From the NCBI GenBank assembly GCA_036679605.1, contig JAZDCZ010000427.1:20653-84652 (forward strand): a DNA stretch of 64,000 nt. The letters run 5' to 3'. A program made the translations under genes and the position numbers. The number at the start of each line of letters is the position of its first letter. Position 1 is the first letter of the stretch. The DNA comes from Gemmatimonadota bacterium. Its GTDB lineage: Bacteria; Gemmatimonadota; Gemmatimonadetes; Gemmatimonadales; GWC2-71-9. Positions 58,602 to 64,000 of the stretch are shown piece after piece. The notes beneath the pieces were generated by a model, which saw only the letters and a program-made list of their open reading frames with translations, ran no database searches and had not been told where the DNA came from.

Positions 58602-60953
58602 TTATGGCACCTCGCCAAACCTGATATTCAGCACCGGATACTCGGCCCAGTCCCGATAGTCGAAGTGCCACCACTCGAATCGATACACCTGAAACCCCTC
58701 GCCCTCCATCACGCGACGTAGCAGATCGCGATACCAACGCTGGCGCGAGGTTCCACCCATGTAATTGGGATAGGAGCGCTCGGTCATCTCGTCGTAGGTA
58801 CCGACCATCTCTATCGGGCCATCGGTTCGGAGATCGTAGAGCGTAAGATCGACCGCCGCGCCACGATTGTGGCGCGATCCGTTGGCCGGGTTGGCGACGA
58901 AGATCTTCTTGTCATCGGGCGTCGCATCCCAGAACATCTTTGTCACATACCATGGCCGGTAGGCGTCGTGTATCAAGAGCCCCAATCCATAGGGGCTCAG
59001 CGCCCTGTTGACCCGAACGAGAGCTTCCGCCGCGGGCCGCTGCATGAACGCCCGCGGCGCCTCGTAGAAAATGGTGCTCATGAAGTTGTTGGTGGTAGCA
59101 TAGCGGATGTCGAGTTGGATCGTTGAATCGAGCACCGTGATCTCGACAAGTTCGGGATCACGTAAGCTGTCTGGCTGGTCGGGCGTTCGGGCAGCCAACG
59201 CCTCCTCCCTCAATTCTGCGACAGGACGGAGAGGCGTGATGCGGAAGGTGCCTCCACCCTCCGGCTCGATGTCTCGCCGCTTGAAAACAACGCTCGCTGC
59301 CACAACCTGACTTCCCCTCCCACCGTTCCCTCGGGTAAAGACAAGCTGCTCGCCGTGATACAGTCCGAAGCTCGGGAAGTCGAAAACGTTTCGGCTAACT
59401 TCCTCTAGGGGATAGTCGAATACCCACTCGATGAGCGCGTGCAGCCGGCCATCCTTTTCGAAAATGAATAGCGTGTTGTGGTCCCAGCCATACTCACCGA
59501 TGAGACCTCGCCAGCGATCGGTCGGATTGGGCGGTTGGCTGCGGCGAACTTGGCGGATCACGGTATCCTGGCCAACGAGGAGCGAATCCGGCCCGATCGG
59601 GAAGATCCAGCCGTCCTGATCGGTCAGTCCATCGAGGATGAGGGTATCGTTGCGCTCCTTGAGTTCGAACGGGGAACCGCCACGCGTCAGCAACCCGAAC
59701 AATCGGCCATCCCAATCGTAAAGATCGATTCCGCCATCGCCGACCGTATAGCGACCCGCGATCCGGCGAACAATCTCGGCGTCGATTGGCTTCGTTGCCG
59801 GTGGCAGCTCGATTGTTTGCCCCGCCTTGATCGCTAGCATGGCTCGCAGCGCCTGGTTGGCGATTAGATCGGTCACTGCATTGGCAACATCTCGACTCGT
59901 CACAACGATCGCGCCGAGTTTCTCGTCGGGGAGCATCGCCAACTCGGTGGCAAAACCGTAGATCGCGCCACCGTGACCGATGCGGCGATGGTCGTCGAGC
60001 GTTCCGATCGAAAAGCCCAGGCCATATCCAAAGCTTGCGCCCTCCTCTGCAAACTGCGGCTTCCACATCGAGTCCAATGTCGCAGATTCGATAATGCGGC
60101 CACCCTCGTACTCGCCGGCTGCGAACATGACCGTCATGAAAGTCCCTAGATCCAGAACCGTGGAGTACATACTTCCTGCCGGTGCCATGCCAAGCTGGAA
60201 CTTCGGTGCCTCGTAGTTTCGTCCGTCGAACGCCCACATGTAAGCAGTCGCAAGATCGTCGACGATTTCAGGCTCAGGCGCAAATGCGCTGTGCTTCATG
60301 CCGAGCGGTTCGAGCACTGCACCTTTTACGTAGTCCGCGAACGGCTTGCCCCGTGTGTACTCGAGCACGTAGCCGACGGTCCCGATAGCGGCGTTCGAGT
60401 ACTTGATCCGCGTCTCCGGTTCGTACACCAGCTCCGTTTGATTTAGGCTCGCGACCGTCTGCGCCAGCGTCGGGCCGGTATCGTCGAAGTAGTTACCTAC
60501 GGGCGGCTCGCGGACGAGCCCCGAGCGGTGCGACATGAGTTGTCGCAGCGTGATCGGTTTGTCGAACGGATTTCTCGGATCGAATTCTGGCAAGTAGGTC
60601 TGGACCGGCAAGTCGAGATCGATCGCGCCTTGCTCCACGAGCTGCATGATCGCGATGTCGGTGAAGAGTTTGGACACGGAACCAACACGGTAGACGGTGT
60701 TGGCAGTGGCCGGGATTTTGTTTTCAGGATCCTCGTAGCCAAAGCCGCCGGCCCAAACGACCTCCTGGTCGTCAACTAGGGCAATCGAGAGCGCCGGAAG
60801 ATTCTTGGTCTTCATTTGCCATTCGATGAATGGCGTCAAGGCTTCCGCGACGGCGGTGTAATCGGCGCGGGGAGGAATGACATCGCCTGCACCGGTGCAG
60901 GCACTGACCCAAAGACCGACAACGACTGATCTGGAGCAGGACGGTAGCCTCAC
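58602..60953 (-). CDS. Beta-lactamase-family serine hydrolase fused to a VanX/DdpX-type D-Ala-D-Ala dipeptidase (M15D); probable lipoprotein
   Basis: SVSK, YSN and HGG motifs; C-terminal DAYRPW, SRHNRGAAVDLTL and EWWHFD. GTG 60953 overlaps the upstream stop; VSAC lipobox-like. Confidence 0.9.
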   Translation of the reverse strand: MRLPSCSRSVVVGLWVSACTGAGDVIPPRADYTAVAEALTPFIEWQMKTKNLPALSIALVDDQEVVWAGGFGYEDPENKIPATANTVYRVGSVSKLFTDIAIMQLVEQGAIDLDLPVQTYLPEFDPRNPFDKPITLRQLMSHRSGLVREPPVGNYFDDTGPTLAQTVASLNQTELVYEPETRIKYSNAAIGTVGYVLEYTRGKPFADYVKGAVLEPLGMKHSAFAPEPEIVDDLATAYMWAFDGRNYEAPKFQLGMAPAGSMYSTVLDLGTFMTVMFAAGEYEGGRIIESATLDSMWKPQFAEEGASFGYGLGFSIGTLDDHRRIGHGGAIYGFATELAMLPDEKLGAIVVTSRDVANAVTDLIANQALRAMLAIKAGQTIELPPATKPIDAEIVRRIAGRYTVGDGGIDLYDWDGRLFGLLTRGGSPFELKERNDTLILDGLTDQDGWIFPIGPDSLLVGQDTVIRQVRRSQPPNPTDRWRGLIGEYGWDHNTLFIFEKDGRLHALIEWVFDYPLEEVSRNVFDFPSFGLYHGEQLVFTRGNGGRGSQVVAASVVFKRRDIEPEGGGTFRITPLRPVAELREEALAARTPDQPDSLRDPELVEITVLDSTIQLDIRYATTNNFMSTIFYEAPRAFMQRPAAEALVRVNRALSPYGLGLLIHDAYRPWYVTKMFWDATPDDKKIFVANPANGSRHNRGAAVDLTLYDLRTDGPIEMVGTYDEMTERSYPNYMGGTSRQRWYRDLLRRVMEGEGFQVYRFEWWHFDYRDWAEYPVLNIRFGEVP

Positions 60954-62020
60954 CTGGATCGCGTGCGCTCCACCTCTGTCTCCTGAACCGACGCCCCCTC
61001 GAACAAGAGTTGCACACCGCCGACGACCGTTTTCTCTCCTTCGTCGAGGCCACTCAGCACTTCGACCCATCCCGGGGTACGCACGCCCAGCTGTACGTTC
61101 CGACGACTCGCCCGGTCGTCAGCGATAACCCACACATAGGTCGATCCCTCTACCGTTAGAACAGCGTCTTCCGGAATCACGATCGCCTGCGGTCGGATCT
61201 CGGTTGCGATGCTGGCCTCGATGAACATGCCGGGCTTCAGCCGGCGGTCTGGATTAGGCACCCTTGCCTTGACAGTGATCGTACGGCTCGGCAGTTGGAC
61301 AACCGGATTGACAAAGTCGACAATGCCTGTGAACTCCTGATCCACTGCCGCGACCTTGAACACCACGACTTGGCCATTCCCTATCCGACCGGAGTAGCGC
61401 TCCGGTACTTGAAAAGATGCTCGTTGCGGATCTACGGTCTGCAGCGTTGTGAGAGATGTCGATGTCGTTACGTAGTCACCCAAGCTCACCAAACGCTCCC
61501 CCACAATGCCTGAGAACGGTGCCCTTACGAGGGTGCGCCGAAGTCTGACCTGCTGCAGCAAAAGTCGCGCTTCCGCGCTACGTGCGGCTGCCTCCGCTGC
61601 ATCGAGTTCCGCAGGTGAGGACGCGTCCTTCGCCGCCAGGTCCTCGGCACGCTTGAGAGACTGGTTGGCGAGATCCCGCTCGGCTTCGAGTTGCGCGACC
61701 AGTGCCTTCAACTCCGCATCGTCCACCTTGAACAGAGCCTTACCGCGCTTCACCTCGGTGCCTTCGCGAACCAGGATCCTCGTCAGACGACCCTGGACCT
61801 CCGGTATCAGCTCGATATACTGAAGTGCCTCAATAGCCCCGGTCGCAAGAATGGCATCGACCACCGTGTCTCTGGAAACAATCACGACTTCGACGGCCTG
61901 AGCCGGCCGGCGGCGAGCGGCATTGTTAGCCGTGGCTTGCGGTTCAGCGTTGGTGCACGACACCGCTATCAAGAGAACGCCTGGCGCCCCCAGCAAGCAT
62001 CTCAGTCGGCCAACCGTCAT
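60950..62020 (-). CDS. RND efflux periplasmic adaptor (MFP) subunit
   Basis: Lipoyl half-motifs PEVQGR...VREG and VRAPFSGIV; LKPGMF. Start ATG 62020 (ATGA overlap). Confidence 0.93.
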   Translation of the reverse strand: MTVGRLRCLLGAPGVLLIAVSCTNAEPQATANNAARRRPAQAVEVVIVSRDTVVDAILATGAIEALQYIELIPEVQGRLTRILVREGTEVKRGKALFKVDDAELKALVAQLEAERDLANQSLKRAEDLAAKDASSPAELDAAEAAARSAEARLLLQQVRLRRTLVRAPFSGIVGERLVSLGDYVTTSTSLTTLQTVDPQRASFQVPERYSGRIGNGQVVVFKVAAVDQEFTGIVDFVNPVVQLPSRTITVKARVPNPDRRLKPGMFIEASIATEIRPQAIVIPEDAVLTVEGSTYVWVIADDRASRRNVQLGVRTPGWVEVLSGLDEGEKTVVGGVQLLFEGASVQETEVERTRSR

Positions 62021-64000
62021 CGCGCCTCCACCGGCTCTAGCACCGCAGGTTTGCGCCACCGCTTCAACCGTGTCACTGCCAAGTCCAGTTCCACGTACAC
62101 CACCGGGACCAAATACAGTGTTAGTACTGTTGAGAACGCTAGCCCACCTACTATGGCGTAACCCAAGGGTCGCCTGCTAGCCGAGCCCGCTCCCAACCCC
62201 AAGGCGATGGGCGTCGCTCCTACGATTGTCGCTACCGACGTCATCAAGATCGGTCTCAAACGAATCTTACCGGACTCCACCATAGCTTCCACCGTCTGCA
62301 TTCCTTTGAGCTTCAACTGATTCGCGTACTCGACTAAGAGTATCGAGTTCTTAGTGACCAACCCGATCAACAAGATCATCCCGATCTGGCTGTAGAGATT
62401 GAGAGTCGACCCGGTAACGAGGAGTGTGGCTAGCGCCCCAGTCACGGCAAGGGGGATCGCGAGAATAATCGTAAACGGATGGACTAGCGACTCAAACTGC
62501 GCTGCAAGTACCATGAACACAACGACCACAGCCAAGATGAATGCAAAATACAGGGCGCCCCCACTTTCCTCCAATTCACGTAATTCACCGCTCAGAGCAG
62601 TGCTACTGCCGACTGGAAGGACTTCGGCCGCAAGCGCGTTGAGCGAGTCCAGTGCCTCCCCCAGCGTGAACCCGGGAGCTAAACTCGCGGTGAGCGTGGC
62701 CGATCGCACGCGATCAAAATGGCTAAGCTGCCGTGGACCGGCACCCTCGTCGATTCGGGTGACGGCATCGAGTTGGATCAGCGACCCGTCTCGTCCGCGT
62801 ACATATAGGCCCGACATGTCCGATGGCGTGGCCCGCTTTCCAGGCTCTAGCTGTACGATGACGTCATACAGCTTGTTGTCCCTCGTGAAGGTACTGATGC
62901 GCTGTCCACCCAACATCGCTTGGAGCGTGTTCGATACGTCACGGACCGGGACCGCAAGGTCTTCGGCACGGTCTCGGTCGAAGTTCACAGTCAGCTCGGG
63001 TTTGTTCACCCGCAGATCGGTGTCAACATTAATCAGTCCGTTAATCTGTCGCGCGCGAGTAATCAGCGTGTCCATTCCCGCAGTGAGTTCATCGAAGTCT
63101 GGGTGCTGTATCACGAATTGCACCGCGGTTCCGAACCCACCTCCGATCGCCGGAGGGTTTACGCCAAACGCCATGATCCCCGGTATGGCAAAATATTGCG
63201 GCTGTATTTCAGCGAGAATGTCCTGAACGGTGCGGTCGCGTTCATCCCAATCGATCAGCGGTGTAAACATGATCCCACTGTTCACCCGACCGCCGAAACC
63301 GATGACGCTAATGTTTGCGTCGACGCCCTCAGTCGATTCGACTATCTCCTCGACCCTCCGTTGGTAACCATCGGTGTATGCGAGAGAAGCACCTTCGGGA
63401 GCAACGGTGAGCGTCAGGACGTACCCCCGGTCTTCCGGTGGCACGAATTCTCTCTTCAACGAACCGAAAATGACGACGGCCGCCCCAACCACAGCCACAC
63501 CTCCCAACAAGACCGCCCACCGGGCTCGCATCGCCCATCCCAGCGAACGCGTGTAACCAGTCGCTACCGCATCAAATCCACGTTCGAACAGATTAAAAAT
63601 TAGTCCATGTTTCTTAGGAACTCGTAGAATTTTCGCGGACAGCATCGGCGTCAAGGTAAGTGCGATGAAACTGGAAATGATCACAGCACCTGCCATCGCA
63701 ACGGCAAATTCGTTGAACAGGCGCCCCGTCGTCCCTGGCATAAATGCCAGCGGTGAAAACACCGCCACCAGTGCCACTGTCGTCGCTATCACGGCAAAGG
63801 CTATTTCGCTGGTGCCCTTCATAGCAGCTGCCTCAGGAGTTTCGCCCAACTTCTCTTGGTGCCGATAGGCGTTCTCCATAACGATGATGGCATCGTCGAC
63901 CACGATGCCGATCGACAGAATGAGCGCTAACAGAGTGAGATTGTTGATGGTGAAACCGATAAAATACAGCAGACCGAAGGCGGCCACTATGGATGTGGGA
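62017..64000 (-). CDS. RND efflux permease (AcrB/AcrD/AcrF family), 5' part outside the window
   Basis: GIVVDDAIIVMEN, LTLTPML, GLVTKNSILLVE and RLRPILMT motifs. Confidence 0.95.
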   Translation of the reverse strand, partial: PTSIVAAFGLLYFIGFTINNLTLLALILSIGIVVDDAIIVMENAYRHQEKLGETPEAAAMKGTSEIAFAVIATTVALVAVFSPLAFMPGTTGRLFNEFAVAMAGAVIISSFIALTLTPMLSAKILRVPKKHGLIFNLFERGFDAVATGYTRSLGWAMRARWAVLLGGVAVVGAAVVIFGSLKREFVPPEDRGYVLTLTVAPEGASLAYTDGYQRRVEEIVESTEGVDANISVIGFGGRVNSGIMFTPLIDWDERDRTVQDILAEIQPQYFAIPGIMAFGVNPPAIGGGFGTAVQFVIQHPDFDELTAGMDTLITRARQINGLINVDTDLRVNKPELTVNFDRDRAEDLAVPVRDVSNTLQAMLGGQRISTFTRDNKLYDVIVQLEPGKRATPSDMSGLYVRGRDGSLIQLDAVTRIDEGAGPRQLSHFDRVRSATLTASLAPGFTLGEALDSLNALAAEVLPVGSSTALSGELRELEESGGALYFAFILAVVVVFMVLAAQFESLVHPFTIILAIPLAVTGALATLLVTGSTLNLYSQIGMILLIGLVTKNSILLVEYANQLKLKGMQTVEAMVESGKIRLRPILMTSVATIVGATPIALGLGAGSASRRPLGYAIVGGLAFSTVLTLYLVPVVYVELDLAVTRLKRWRKPAVLEPVEAR

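Noticed and set aside
1..64000. CRISPR array, rRNA, tRNA, transposase or integrase
   Set aside because: None recognised by eye. A tRNAscan/Infernal/CRISPR finder run would be needed to exclude short or divergent elements.

Overview
GC-rich bacterial chromosomal window. The gene content (several Hanks-type Ser/Thr kinases with an N-terminal 'LxxALADRYxIERxLGxGGMATVYLA'-type sequence, VPS10/BNR propeller proteins, paired secreted amidohydrolases) suggests Gemmatimonadota or a similar lineage; this is inference. Most of the window is ordinary: rocD, egtBD, peptidases, kup, rpsU and an RND pump. Three parts stand out. (1) A ~12.6 kb putative RRE-dependent RiPP cluster (27757-40362). It is built around a 40-aa precursor missing from the ORF track (36103-36225, minus strand, MESTNNPKPKYEPPKLQVMDESEILAAFQVHVAAATWWTG) next to a PqqD/RRE gene. 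The cluster also encodes a flavin-dependent halogenase, an AsnB amidotransferase, an HTTM pair, a formyltransferase, an S26-like peptidase, an HprK-like kinase, a nucleotidyltransferase, a membrane desaturase/hydroxylase and three ferritin-like proteins. It has no lasso B2 peptidase and no lasso-type core. (2) A ~190-nt highly base-paired multibranch element between convergent genes (18979-19170), a candidate ncRNA. (3) A small toxin-antitoxin islet (AbiE-like type IV plus Phd/VapC type II) with palindromic operators, around a decayed kinase gene. No rRNA, tRNA, CRISPR array or transposase was recognised. All family calls come from motif reading by eye, not from database searches.
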